Of a DNA stretch of 64,000 nt, positions 40,154-53,040 are shown piece by piece (within the stretch, counting starts at the first letter, position 1; every line of letters begins with the position of its first letter). Where the stretch lies: NCBI RefSeq assembly GCF_018350175.1, contig NC_058368.1, positions 113,896,001 through 113,960,000 of the forward strand. Reading direction: 5' to 3'. The stretch is from Felis catus. Lineage: Eukaryota. A program made the position numbers and the translations under genes. Below the pieces are notes generated by a model. The model worked only from the letters and a program-made list of their open reading frames with translations. It did no database searches and was not told where the DNA came from.

Positions 40154-41408
40154 TCTATCAATTTTTTTAATGCACACTCTCTTTGAGCTACTTTATGCAC
40201 TTAGATGATACTCTATAGGGACAACCTCACTATTGCTTACACACTAACAGTTGTACTCCAAAATAGCAGGTATAAGAATCCTCACTCAAGCATTGTATAT
40301 GAAAGAAAAAACAAGTAACATTAATATCCACCAGTTGAGGATTGGTTAAATAAGTTGTAGTCCATCCATATGATGCAGCAGAGAAAAGCAACAAGATGTA
40401 GCCATGCACAGGGGTCCGGAAAGAACTCCAAGATTTTGTATAAGTCAAGAAAAAGTACAATGAGTACAGAACACATCTATTTAGGTATGTTAGAAAGCAA
40501 TATATATATATTTATTTATTTTCCATACGATTACCCAAGATCGTTCCCTTCAGAGTCAGGGATCAGTGCCCTTCACAGACAGGGCATGAGATAAATGGAC
40601 TTTGTGTTTTGTAACTTTGTGTACTGATTGAATTTTTTTATGAATATAAGTTGAATTTTATTGAATAAATTCATTTCAATAATAATGGTATAGCAATGTT
40701 CCTGCTAACATGAAAGGGTGTTTGGAATATACTACAAAGGGGTTTTTTAAACTGGAAAACATACATACGCAATGAAAAAGATGGAGAAAGCTCTATGTCA
40801 AGGTGCTGACTGTGGTCCTCTCTGGGTAGAATTGTGGTGCTTTGCCTGCTCTTTCTGCCTATCTGATTTTCCTTTAATGATCAGGGGTGGTTTTCTACTA
40901 AGACAGCAGTAACAAGAGCAATAACAACAGCAAAAGAAAGTTTGTGTTGGAGGAAAGAAAAGAATAGAATTCAGAGGTAAAACTGGGGGTCATGAACAAG
41001 TGCAGGCAGAGGCCAGCTAGCCAGAGACTAGGGAGGGCATGGGAAGCAGGACATACCTGCCTGTGTATCTGGATAAAGAGAAACCAAAATCAGAAGCTCT
41101 GGAAGTGGTCCTCTCTCCCAAGTAGCAGCCATGGTGCTGATCTGAGGAGACTCATCTCTCCACCAGGACCCAGATGAGAGGCCCTGTTACTATAGATCAC
41201 GAGATGGGTGGGGAGGCTCTGAAGTACAGCCCCTGTGGCGGTGCCTACTTCTGCAGGAGGCTCTCCTCCCTGTCCTCCCATGCCCAAAGCCATCCTGGAA
41301 AAGAGCAGGATGTACTACCCCCATCACAGAGAGGGAAAAAAGGCCTAGGGTCACTCAGCTCCAAGTGATGGCTGGTCTGATCCCTAGTTTTGAACTGGAT
41401 GGTCTCTT

Positions 41409-41613
41409 GGGGCGCCTGGGTGGCGCAGTCGGTTAAGCGTCCGACTTCAGCCAGGTCACGATCTCGCGGTCCGTGAGTTCGAGCCCCGCGTCGGGCTCTG
41501 GGCTGATGGCTCGGAGCCTGGAGCCTGTTTCCGATTCTGTGTCTCCCTCTCTCTCTGCCCCTCCCCCATTCATGCTCTGTCTCTCTCTGTCCCAAAAATA
41601 AATAAAAACGTTG
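41409..41613 (+). mobile_element. Young SINEC_Fc lacking a poly(A) tail
   Basis: Direct repeat ttgaactggatggtctc at 41390-41406 and 41611-41627. Confidence 0.93.
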
Positions 41614-43814
41614 AACTGGATGGTCTCCTTGTAGTTTCTTGGTTTAAAACACCTCCTAATGAAAGGCATGGGGTAGGCAAGCCTGTGACCACAAGGGCTG
41701 ATACTGCCTGCCCCTTGTATGTGACCCTGCTTGGTGCCCACTTACAGTGGGATGGGGACAAGACATCAGCTTTGTCTCAAGAGGCATTGATGGCAGAGAA
41801 TGCCAGGTTCCATCTAAAATCAGGGGGTACAAGAACAAAGAAACAAAGCACACTCACATCAGTGGGTAGGTATGAGGGATTAAGTGTGGATCATCATTTC
41901 ACACACGCTTCTCAAAACACTTCACAATCTTACCTTCATATTTCTTCTAAAATCTTTCCGTTGAGGTCTTATCAACATCTGCGTTACCATGGCTTCCCTG
42001 CTGTGCATGGCTGAGGCCTACAGAAAAACTACGAGCAAGAGATGGTCACAGGCTCCACACAAGGCTCCACAGTGAGGAAACTCTCAGCCTCAAGTGACAC
42101 TAACAGTGACAGGAAAAGTAGGAGGACTCACATGAGCAATGAGGGGGCAGCCTAACAGCGAGGAGAAGATGTCCACATCTCACTTCTCTACCCAAAGATG
42201 ACTAAACACCCTGAGTCTAGCAGAGAAGCTGGTCATCTGTCTACATGGTCTGTCTACATGGTGACTACATGGCACACTCTTCCAGGCTCACATTTCCAAT
42301 GAAAAACATCAACTCTAGGTACCAACACTCATCAGTTACCAATCCACAGGCCCACCTATGTCCAAATGGAGCCTGGAGCCAAAGAGTGTAGTAGTTATAA
42401 ACACTGGCTCTTGAGTCAATGCTATGGGGTTTGAACCCTGCCTCTGTCTCTACCAGCTGTGTGACACCAACTAATTTCTTCACTTCTCTGTGCCTTAGTT
42501 TCCTTAGCTATTTCATGCATTAAATGAGATGATGTGCATAAAATACTTAGCATAGGGTGTGACCCAAAGTGGCAGCTCAATAAATGCCAACTAAAAATAA
42601 TTCAACAGGACATCTATATACACATCTGTGTGCACAAACACCCACAACGCTGACAGAAGCCAATCACCATGACAGCATCAGGATGAAGGAGTATCAAGAC
42701 AACACTGTGTTCCAACAGCATACTCCCCATCCTCCCACAAGTGTCTGTCACCATCAGTGAAAGGACCACTGGGGGAAGACACAATTTGTGAATGTGGGGG
42801 AAAGAACCAAGGAACTTGTCAAAGTTGGGGGTTAAATACACAACCCAAACTTCAGAAAATTGTTGTCAGCTGACTACAAAACACAAAACTACACATACTT
42901 GCAAATGTTGTGCAGAAGGAGAAGGCTAGGGAGGGGAGACAAGGAAGAAAAAGAGAATTGCTGGCATGTAAGCACTCTCCCTTTGCCCCTATACCAGCAG
43001 ATGTTCACAAGTTGACCTGGGCCTTGGCCAAGCTCTCGGCTCCTGGTGAAGCAAAGCCTGAGCACAACCCTCTTCGAAGGCCGGGCTGGGAGCCCTCTCT
43101 AGGCAGAGAAAGGGCTCCTTGAGAAAAAAGAAGAAAGAAAGTGAAAGATAGAAAGGAAAAAGAGGGCACAGGAGTGGGAGCAAAGAAATAGGAGACTCAA
43201 GGTTCAGAGTCAGGAAGAGTCAGCAGAATTCAGAACTGGGACCACTGGGCAATGTCCTTCATAAGAATCATCATCTTACCAACTGTGTCTGAAACAGACT
43301 TCAGAGAGAAATGAGAATCGATGTAGGCTCCTGGAATCTGAGAGGTTGATAAAAGAACACAAGGATTCCAAGAAATAGAGCACATGCGTACTGCCTTGTG
43401 GACTGAATGACTAACACAGCACAGGGAGCTGGCAGGTGGACAGGCAACAGGCCCTTGGCTCATTTCCAGACACGGGATGAATAGGAGACACAAAGACAGA
43501 TGGTATTTGTTTGGGCAGGGGGAAGAATGAGACACTTTAGTGCAAGGGAAAGAGGGAGCCATGAGTGAATCTATTGATTAAAATGACTAGACCCATTGCC
43601 TGGGCCACCCATGATCCTTCTTTGTCCTCGAGTCAAAATAAATATCAGTGAAGATTTCTTTCCAGCTAAACATGGTGTGCTGAACATTCATGTCGATCTC
43701 TGTTCCCTCCCAAAACCCCACTAAAATAAGAGCATGACAAGCTCTGGCAGAGAAACGGAATGGAATCAGCCCATTATGTGATGTGGAATCAGCCCATTAT
43801 CTGATGTTCAATTC

Positions 43815-44056
43815 ATTCATTCATTCATTCATTCATTCATTCATTCATTCATTCATTTAAATGTTTACTTATTTTTGAGAGAGACAGAGCACGAGAGGGG
43901 GAGGGGCAGAGAGAGAAGGAGACACAGAATCTGAAGCAGGTTCCAAGCTCTGAGCTGTCAATTCAAAGCCCGATGCGGGGCTCAAACTCACAAACCCCGA
44001 GATCATGACCCGAGACGAAGTTGGACGCTCAACCGACTGAGCCACCCAGGTGCCCC
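43815..44056 (-). mobile_element. SINEC with its tail converted to an (ATTC)n/(GAAT)n microsatellite
   Basis: TSD ctgatgttcaattc at 43801-43814 and 44056-44069. Confidence 0.9.
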
Positions 44057-44347
44057 TGATGTTCAATTCTTACAAAAATCTGTCTTACAAGGATTGGTGG
44101 TAGGAATTTTTTTTTTCATGAGAGCAGAGACTTGTTTAGTTTTCTACTACTTCTCCAGCACCTAAAATATGTCCAACATAGGCATTCAAGCATCGGTGAA
44201 CAAATATACTCCCCAACAAAGTAACGCAACATAATGTCACAGTCTATGCCTAGTAACGACTTTACTACACTTAATTCCATATTAACTAGCACTTCTTAGA
44301 TATTTTCTAACATCTGTGAGATTACAAGGTGAATAAAATTCAGGCCT

Positions 44348-44570
44348 GGGGCCCCTGGGTGGCTCAGTCAGTTGAGTGCCTACCTTAGGCTCAGGTCATG
44401 ATCTCACGGTTTGTGGGTTTGAGTCCCACGTCGGGCTCTATGACAGCTCACAGCCTGGAACCTGCTTTGGATTCTGTATCTCCCTCTCTCTCTGCCCTTC
44501 CCCTGCTCACTCTCTCTTTCTCTCTTTCTTTCAAAAATAAACATTAAAAAAATTTTTTTAATAAAAAAAT
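44348..44570 (+). mobile_element. SINEC
   Basis: TSD aattcaggcctg on both sides. Confidence 0.9.
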
Positions 44571-45009
44571 AATTCAGGCCTGAAAAAAGCAATTATTAAC
44601 TGCCTTTCTGATTATAAAAACCTAATTATAATTGGTAACTCAACTTGGTTGTAGAAATGGTACTGGGAGAATAGAGCAAGAAAGAGCGTGTATACGTGAG
44701 GGAAAGTCCATGAAAGCTCAGTCCTGTACTTCTGTGAAAAGTCAACAGATAATATCTCAAACTAATAAATCCAAAATAGTGGCACATTTTATTTAGATAA
44801 ATGGAAGTAATGAGTAGATGTTGCACCTTTTAGCAGAATCAGAACCTGCCCTTTAATTCTGTCAGAAATGAAGGTTGAGTGGACATAGAGAATGGACCTG
44901 GTGTGGGAAAGCAGAGCAGGGGACTCTGGCTTAGCATTACAGGCTCTGCAGTAGTATTTGGCTTCTAGAACCACACTCATAGAACACTTTGATCAAGACA
45001 GAAATTTTC

Positions 45010-45221
45010 AGGGTGCCTGGGTAGCTCAGCTGGTTAAGCATCTGACTCTTGACTTTGGCTCAGGTCATGATTTCAAGATTTGTGAGTCTGAGCCCCACAT
45101 CGGGCTCCGTGCTGACAGTGCAAAACTTGCTTGAGATTCTCCTTCTCTCCCTCTCTTTCTGCCCTCCCCTGTTCATGCTCTCTCTCTCAAAATGAATAAA
45201 ACTTTAAAAAAAAAAAAAAAG
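45010..45221 (+). mobile_element. SINEC
   Basis: TSD gaaattttc at 45001 and 45222; intact A tail. Confidence 0.9.
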
Positions 45222-45517
45222 GAAATTTTCTTAAACAACAACAAAAAAGACTGATTTCAAGACCTAACTCAAATGATTCCTCCTTCCACAAAGTCTCATC
45301 TCCTTCCTATTCTCTTGTGAAAATGACTGTCTGGCAATTAATCCTATTCCACTTGGTGATTGGTGGAACTCTCACTGTTAAGCATCCCTCCACCTGTCTT
45401 GTCTCCCCGACTACATCACAACCGCTTCCCAGCACAGCGCTCTTCTCACCGTCTCTGAGGAGCAGGTTATTAAACCCACAAGCTCGGGACAGGTGCAGCA
45501 CCCCAGCTCCCCGTTAC

Positions 45518-45680
45518 CTGCATATGCGTTGGCCTGCTGCAAAAGGTCAGTGCAGGTGTGCACATCGGCAAATGCGCGGATGCCCAAGCAATTGGTGGGA
45601 TGCAACTGAGACTGCAGGAAGTCACAGCAGTTCTGCCGAACATCCATGAGCTGCAGCAAGCTGGCTGCTGGGAGCAGCAC
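45518..45680 (-). CDS. KLHL3: KLHL3 coding exon (exon 5 equivalent): [54 protein letters not shown]
   Basis: Acceptor ccttctcctccag|GTG, donor GCAG|GTAACG; 163 nt; continues the frame from the previous exon. Confidence 0.97.
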
Positions 45681-45924
45681 CTGGAGGAGAAGGTGACATT
45701 CTGAGACACTAGACACTTCTGGCAGGGCATCATCTCACTAAAGCACCATCCCAATCATACCACTCCCATGCTCGCGAGGTCTTGCATGGCTCTCCCCTGC
45801 CTGTCCAACTAAGTCCAAACTTCCTTCAGGGCAGCCCCAGCCCCATTTCCCACTACTCTCCGCTTGGTAGATCCTCAGCATCAGCAGATGCTCTGTATCC
45901 CTACATTCCACACCAGTGCCTCCC

Positions 45925-46835
45925 AATCACGAATATATGAAATCTCTGGGGATCTTATTAAAGCTCCAATTCAATAGGTCTAGGGTGGGACCTGAGAGCC
46001 TGCATTTCTAATGAACATCCAGGTGATGCGTGCAGCTGCTGGAACCACCATATGGACTGAATGTTTGTGCCCTCCTCCCTCAGCTTTGTAATGTGAAAGC
46101 CTAACCTCAACAAGCTGTATTTGGAGACCGGGGCCCACGAAGAAGTGATAAAGGTTAAATGAAACCATAAAGATGGGGCCCTTACAAGAAGACAGAGAGA
46201 CACCACAGCTCTCACTCTCTCTATAGTGTGAGGACACAGGAAGAAAGCGACCTTATGAAAAGCCAGGAAGAGTCTCATCAGCAACCAAATCAGCTGGAAA
46301 TCTGACCCTGGACTTGTAATTTCCAAAACTAGGAGAAAGCAAATTTCTGTTGTTTAAGCCACCCATTGTGTGGTATTCTGTTATGGCAGCCCAAGCAGAC
46401 CAAGATAGATTGGTTCTCCTACTTGGCTACATATTGAATCACCTGGAGAATTTTTTATTTTATTTTTTTTTTAATTTTTTTCAACGTTTTATTTTTATTT
46501 TTGGGACAGAGAGAGACAGAGCACGAACGGGGGAGGGGCAGAGAGAGAGGGAGACACAGAATCGGAAACAGGCTCCAGGCTCTGAGCCATCAGCCCAGAG
46601 CCCGATGCGGGGCTCGAACTCACGGACCGCGAGATCGTGACCTGGCTGAAGTCAGACGCTTAACCGACTGCGCCACCCAGGCGCCCCCTGGAGAATTTTT
46701 TAAATACTGATGCCTATGTCTCACCCCCAAAGATTTTAACTTAATAGGTATGAGATGTGACCTGGGCAGTGAGATGTTTCTAAAGCTCCCCAAGCATTTT
46801 AACATACAGCCAAGTTTCAGAAAGCACTTCTCTAC
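45925..46835. mobile_element. Cluster: MER5A-like (~45925-46048), MLT1A-type LTR (~46050-46406, +), and a MER5-like element split by a young minus SINEC_Fc (46458-46687)
   Basis: tatggactgaatgtttgtg...ttgtttaagccaccc...gttatggcagcccaagcagac LTR; SINE TSD ctggagaatttttta at 46443 and 46688. Confidence 0.8.
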
Positions 46836-47793
46836 AGCTTTAAACATATCATTTTCACTCAGAAAGGCACAGACTAAATTGTTAACTAGTGCGTTCGCTA
46901 CTTAAGCATCTGTATGCCAGGTACTGGTCTAGGTTCTGGGGTTTAGTGGTAAGCACAGTAAACCAGATCCCTGTTCTTAAGGAGCTTACAATCTACTGGA
47001 ACAAAAGAGTGACCCTCAAACCCCTTGAGATTCAGGCAATCACACCGTATTCTGCCATCCAAAAGAAAAATGGTAAAGAACATCTTTAGGTACATTCTCA
47101 GAGAAAGGAGAGAGGCATTTCCTTTTAAAAGGTCACAGAACACATGAGTATTTACGCTGTATCCTGGAAGACAGAAATAGTTCCTGCTCAGGTGTGTGTG
47201 CATGTGTTTTTCCTAAAAGCCAGAGAAGACTGGCTTCAGCAGGCCAGAGGGGTGCCAATCCCAGTCTAGTTTCCCTAGGACTTGCCCACAGCTGCCAAAG
47301 CCTGCCCTCTGGATCAAATACCCAGAAGAGATGGCACAGTCCTATTAGACCCCAGCTCTGCTGCCCTCCACCCCCACTCTCGGGGAAAAGGTACACAGTC
47401 TGAGAATGACTTTCCAAAAAAGAAACTTGAAAAAAACAATCACAGAGCATTATAGTTTCATTGAGGCTGCTTAGCTCGGGGCCCCCAGCATCCATTTCAC
47501 CCCCAAACAACACCCATGTGTCCCAAGCCTTTGCTCTTAGCTGCTCCCCTGACTCTCAGGGAGAGTGTCTGGGCCAGCTGTTCTCATCCACAAGAGCTTG
47601 CCCAGGAAGACTTAGGCTACAGATGTATTTGTTTTGTTTTTCTGATTTAGGGCACTACAAAAGTCTTTTTTTTTTTTTTTTTACAAGATTTAAATTCTAG
47701 ACCCTGACCTTCTCCCCAAACATGTCTGAATGCTCCATGCAATAAGGCCAAAAAGCCTGTCCCCCTGCCCATTCTTGGGCCTTGTCCCACTAC

Positions 47794-47870
47794 GAGGGTA
47801 AACAGCTAAGTTTGCTTAGGGATGAAGCATTTCCCAGGACACAGGACTTTCAGTGCTAAAATTGAGGCAG
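47794..47870. mobile_element. MER81-like hAT-Blackjack partial copy
   Basis: ttcccaggacacaggactttcagtgctaaaat core. Confidence 0.65.
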
Positions 47871-48463
47871 CCTTTCCTCATCCCTGCTATAGGCAGAAAC
47901 CACCAATGTCATCCTCCACTACCAATGCTCATACTAGTGAGCTAAGAGCCTACTCTCCACAAGGCAAGCTCTTCCTCTTTATGAGCTTAACTTCTTCCCT
48001 CACACAGCTGAGTTCCAGAAAGTTCTAGAAAGCATGCTCCTCTCCCTTCTTTCTTCCCCTATGCTATGTCCCCAACGGTAAATTAACATCATGTCCTTAG
48101 TAATTTTTGAACCACTGATTCATTCCAGAGAAGGAAAAAGGTAAATTCACCCACTCTTGGGAGTTTTAGACTATAATGTAGCTCCAAATGTGACCATCTG
48201 AGCTCCATCCCCACTAAGCAGCCACCTAGTGGGTAGCCCCACTAAGCACCCATAAACTGGGAACCTCAATTAACCTGTGAGCTTGCTCAGTCCAGCCAAA
48301 CAGATTCTAGGACAGATTAGTCTTTGCCTGCTAGTTAAGTAGAGAACCATTAACCATTCTTGCTGAATACATAGTAGGAAAGGCAAGCTGTGTTTCAAAT
48401 CCCCAAACGACCTCTGTGATACCCCCTTGACCCAGCACTAGCTACAATCTACAGTTAGGGCCA

Positions 48464-48575
48464 TAGGTTGACAGGTCATTCTGGTTTGCTGAGACTTTGC
48501 CCATTTTAGCACTGAAAGTCCTATGTCCCAGGAGACCCCTCAGTCCTGAGCATGCTGGGACAGCTGATCATACTA
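48464..48575. mobile_element. MER81-like hAT-Blackjack full-length copy, inverted relative to the 47794 copy
   Basis: taggttgac...ttttagcactgaaagtcc...gatcatacta with degenerate TIRs. Confidence 0.75.
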
Positions 48576-50084
48576 GGAACCAGGAACTTCTAACCAGTTA
48601 TCCTAAGAACCCCTGCTGGAGAGGAATAATCAAACATTGTCCAGAACACACTGTACTCGGTGGGGCAGGCCCCAAAAGGGTCAGGCTAAGAAGAGGCAAG
48701 AAAGGGACAGCAGCCTTTTAAGCCCCACAGAGGAGGATTTCTGAGAGTCTGGTCTGCCCCCAAATTGCACTGCCAGTCAAACCAAGATGACAGCATGCGA
48801 GAGACACACACCTCCTTCCCCCTTGCCCTCTTTTTTACCACAAAGGCAGTGGCACGGTGTGGTGCTTAAATTCTCAAGCTCGTGACAACCAGCCAAAGAA
48901 ATTAAAATAATAAATACTCCCTGAACATATTCCTTAGGTTATACTTTCAGTTTTTAAAACCTCCCTGGATACAGCTAGCTCCCTACATAGCTTTTCCCTA
49001 CTGTTCACAAAACACACTTGGCAGGCAAAAATTCTAAGGCTTTCCACATCTCTATACACCACCCCTCCATCCTGTTTGGATCCACTCCTGCCCAAAAGCA
49101 TTCCCAAGATGACTTCCCAAAGTGAACGGGGACTTGTGGTTTCTCTAATTGCTCCTTCCCTCTCTTTGATCTTACACTGTGATTAGCTATGAGTCAAAAG
49201 GCCTTTTCTTCCACTACTTGCTTCATACAGGAAGGCGTGAAGAAAAGTAAAGGAAGTCAGAACACTGAGGGCAAGGTTTGGAGACCAGAAGATAAATCAC
49301 TGCTCAAACTCTAAGTCTCAAGGATAAACTGGAGCACCATCCATGGGGATTCTGGGGGCTGCACATGATGGGAACAGACAAAAATCCCCAAAGGCTGTGA
49401 AAGAAAAGAGAGCAAAACATCCCTAAGGTGGCTATCCTCATTTCCCTCTCCCACATCAACAAGGGCTTTCTGAGGATTTCCTCTTCTCTTATCTTGTGTG
49501 CAACGCAACTCCCTGACTCCCTTGAGGGGCAGCAGTAACAGGTTGTGAACAAGAGACCAAGCTTGGATTCTTGGCTTGGTGGAATCACAAGGGCAGCACT
49601 GCTTGGCTCCTGGAAGGAGGAGGCTGAGCATGTAGGAGCTGCTGGCTGGAACCACCACAGGGATGTAAGATGACCCCAGGTCAAAAAGCTTTTGGTTTGC
49701 TTCTTGTCACCCCAGTGTTAAAGGTTCTGGGAAAACGGGCCCTTGGATGACCCTCAGTAGAGTTCACAGGTTTCCTCCTAGCTTGCAAATGGCCTCCCCT
49801 CCATTTTTCACGAGCAGGCCCCGTTTTGTTTTTTCTCTCCCTTGGATAACATGAAAACACAGCAGAGGATATCCCGTCACTGAGTTTGTTTCCTCTAACA
49901 AAAACAAAAGGAAATGCCCTGCCTCAGAAAGCACCTACTCCTGGAATTTCAGGGCGGCAGGGCCATGCACAGAGGGAGGGGGAGCAGTAACCAGAGGGGC
50001 CAGGTGACAGGCCTAGGCCCCAGTCACACAGTGGGTCTGTCTCTGCCAACACCAAACAAGAGGACTGGCATAGAAACGTGGTTA

Positions 50085-50305
50085 GGAGTGCCTGGGTGGC
50101 TCAGTTGGTTAAGCGTCCAACTTCGGCTCAGGTCACGGTCTCATAGTTCATGAGTTCAAGCTCCATCCACATCAGGCTCTCTGCTGTGAGACAGAGCTGG
50201 CTTTGGATCCTCTGTCCCTGCCCTCTTTCAGCCCCTTACCCACTCATACTCTCTCTCAAAAATAAACTTAGAAACACTGTTAAATAAAAATGTGTTGAAA
50301 AAAAA
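50085..50305 (+). mobile_element. SINEC followed by a purine-rich low-complexity tract
   Basis: ggagtgcctgggtggctcagttggttaagcgtcc head. Confidence 0.85.
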
Positions 50306-52479
50306 GAAAGTGGGGGAGGGAAAGAGAGAGAGAATGAGAGAGAGAAGGAGGGAGGGAGGATGGGAAGGAGAGGGAAAGCGGTATGTAGACGAGCAGAAGC
50401 ACTAGCAAAATGGCGCTGTGATTAAAAGTGTCACTTAGAATTTTGACTTCTCAACTTACCAGCCATATGACTAAGGCAAATTACTGAACCTATCTGTGCT
50501 CTGCCTCCTCAACAGTAAAGTAAAGATGATAATGGCACTGCCTTCGAGGCTTGTTGTGAGAATCCAATGCGGTAATACACTTAAAGCAGTCAACAGAGAG
50601 CCTGGTGCATAGGGAGTGCTCAGTTAAACTGCTTTTTATTACTATTAAAATTAGGAGCGGAAGTCAAGATTCTGATCATTCATTTAACAAGCAACTCAAA
50701 TTCCCCATGTCAACAGAGCGCAGTGAGACGGAGAGAGCTGGGTTCAAATCTTAACGCTACCGCTTATTCAACCACTTGGATCATTAGCTTCTTCCACTGT
50801 GAAAGAGGGATCATACTAGAATACTTGCATTTGGTGGTGATGTAATTAAGTGAAATAACGCATGTGAAGTGACTGCCACATGCTTGGCTTTCAATGAGTA
50901 TTAGTAAGTGCCAGCTATGATGGCTGTTACCTCCACCAGGGAAAGGCAATTCAGTCTGTCCAGTGCCTGTGTGCCTGGGAAGGGGTTAAGAGTGGAGCGC
51001 TGGGAGCCATTTAACCAAGCCCCAGACTCTGATCCTTGTTTCCCAGGCTTTCAGGGGAGCACCAGGGCCTCCAGGCTCACCTCCTCAGTGCACCAAATCC
51101 TCAACAAAGGTTGTCTTTACAGTTTGTGAGCAACTGCCTCAGCAGATACGTCACAGCATGAAGAAGCAGCCATGTTTTGATCTAAACTTTCTCTTCTCAA
51201 CCTTTTTTGTTTTGTTTTCCTGGAGGTCACCCCAATCAAATCACATTGTAAAGTGAGGAGGAAAAATGTAAACAGAGTTAGTATATCCCATGGATTCCAA
51301 GCAACACGCAGTTCCCTAAAGGTTCCACAATGTGCCTTCCACTGGAGCCCCTGCACGTGCCCCACTCCTCACCACACACACACACAAATGAACACAGCAG
51401 GCCCCTTTAGGGGCTCACGTCCCAATGGGGACACAGGCATGCAGGCAGAGGAGGAAGGCCTGACCACCCAGTACTCCTTCAAGATGGGGCCCACACAACA
51501 CCTCCTCAGTGATGCTGCCCCCATGACCATCCCTATCCTCCACACTGCTGAGTACCTATTTGCCTAGCCATGCATCTCTACTCTCAGACCATGTGCTCCT
51601 CAGTGACAGGGTCTCTGTACTCACAGCGCTCACAGAGCCCATACTATCTGCCTGGCACAGGGTAGCAATGTTCTAAGGCTTTATCTATATTAATTCATTT
51701 AATCCTCACACTAACTCTATGAAATTAAGTACTGCTATTACGCCCATATTACAGATGAAGACACTGAGGTACAGAAAGATTAAGTAAGCTGCCTCGTATC
51801 TCACATCTAGAAAATGGTGGAGCCAGGATTTGAAGGCTGACAGTCTGACCACTCAATAAAACAGCTACTATATGAAAACGGATCCTTAAGGCAGGGTGTC
51901 AGTGAGGGCATCAGAGAGGCTCTAGTAGAAGGGAGGGAACACAAATCATGGGTTGACAGAGTAAGTGTCTTCTCTGGCCCAAGCTCACTGAATCCCATGC
52001 CCTCACTTTACAGATGGGAAAACAGACAACATGCCAGGGACAGAGCTAGAACAAGCGCACTCACTCTTGATCAGGGGTGAAGCTACGGCTCAGACCCAGG
52101 CCTCCCTTCAGACTCAACTCCTGCCTCATCTCTACTTCTTCCTCTGAACCTGCACATCTTCAATCTGGCCCCTGCCCTACCCCTATAACGTAGTTTTACA
52201 ACAAACAGTGGTGAAGCCACTTTCTATAGAGGACTCTGATGAGTTTATCTGCTGCTACCTGCCTTCATATAATGGTGTTTACACACTACCACCGCGTTAG
52301 ACCAAAGCAACAAAGACAAATACTCGGCCAGGCGATAAGGATCCAGAGCAGAACATCTTCTACTTATCCAAGTTTGTAAATACTTTGGACTTGATGGGGG
52401 AGAAAGAAAGTTATTCAACAAATACATGGTAAAAAGGTTAGAAAAAGCTGGTTCCACTCATACAATCTACAACCTCACC

Positions 52480-53040
52480 TACAGTGTTGTATTTGTTGGT
52501 TTGTTTTTTTTGTTGTTGGGTGCGTTTTTTTGGGGGGGGAGGGGGTGGTGGGGAAGTGTTTGGTTTTGTCTTAGTAGCTTAAGACAACACAAATTTATTT
52601 TCTTACACTTCTGGAAGTCAGAAATCCCAAATGCATCTCTCTGGATTAAAATAAAGGTGTCAACAGGGCTGCATTCCTTCTGAAGGCTCTAAGGGAAAAT
52701 ATGTTTCTTTGCCTTTCCTGCTTCTAGAGGCTACTTGCATTCCTTGGTTCATGGCCCCCATCTTTAAAGATGGAAACATCAAGTTGAGTTTGTGTCGGGT
52801 CATATCTCTCTGATTCTCTTTATTCTACCTCCATCTTCCACTTCAAAGAGCCCCTCTGACTCTACTGGACCCACAGGGATAATGCATGGTCATCTCCCCA
52901 TTGCTTGTCCACTGATCTACAACATTAATTCCATCTGTACAGTGAACTGTTCTTTGACAGTTAGAACCTAACATATTCATAGGCTCCAGGAATCAGGACA
53001 TGGACATCTTGGGAGAGGGTCATTACTCTGTATACTACAC
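52480..53040 (-). mobile_element. MLT1C-like MaLR solo LTR
   Basis: caacacaaatttattttcttacacttctggaagtcagaa...gcattccttggttcatggcccc...catggacatcttggg...tactaca. Confidence 0.8.

Noticed and set aside
41245..41741. Recurrent short ORFs (MAQSVK..., MGQRETEHE...) appearing as a paralog family
   Set aside because: These are translations of SINEC copies
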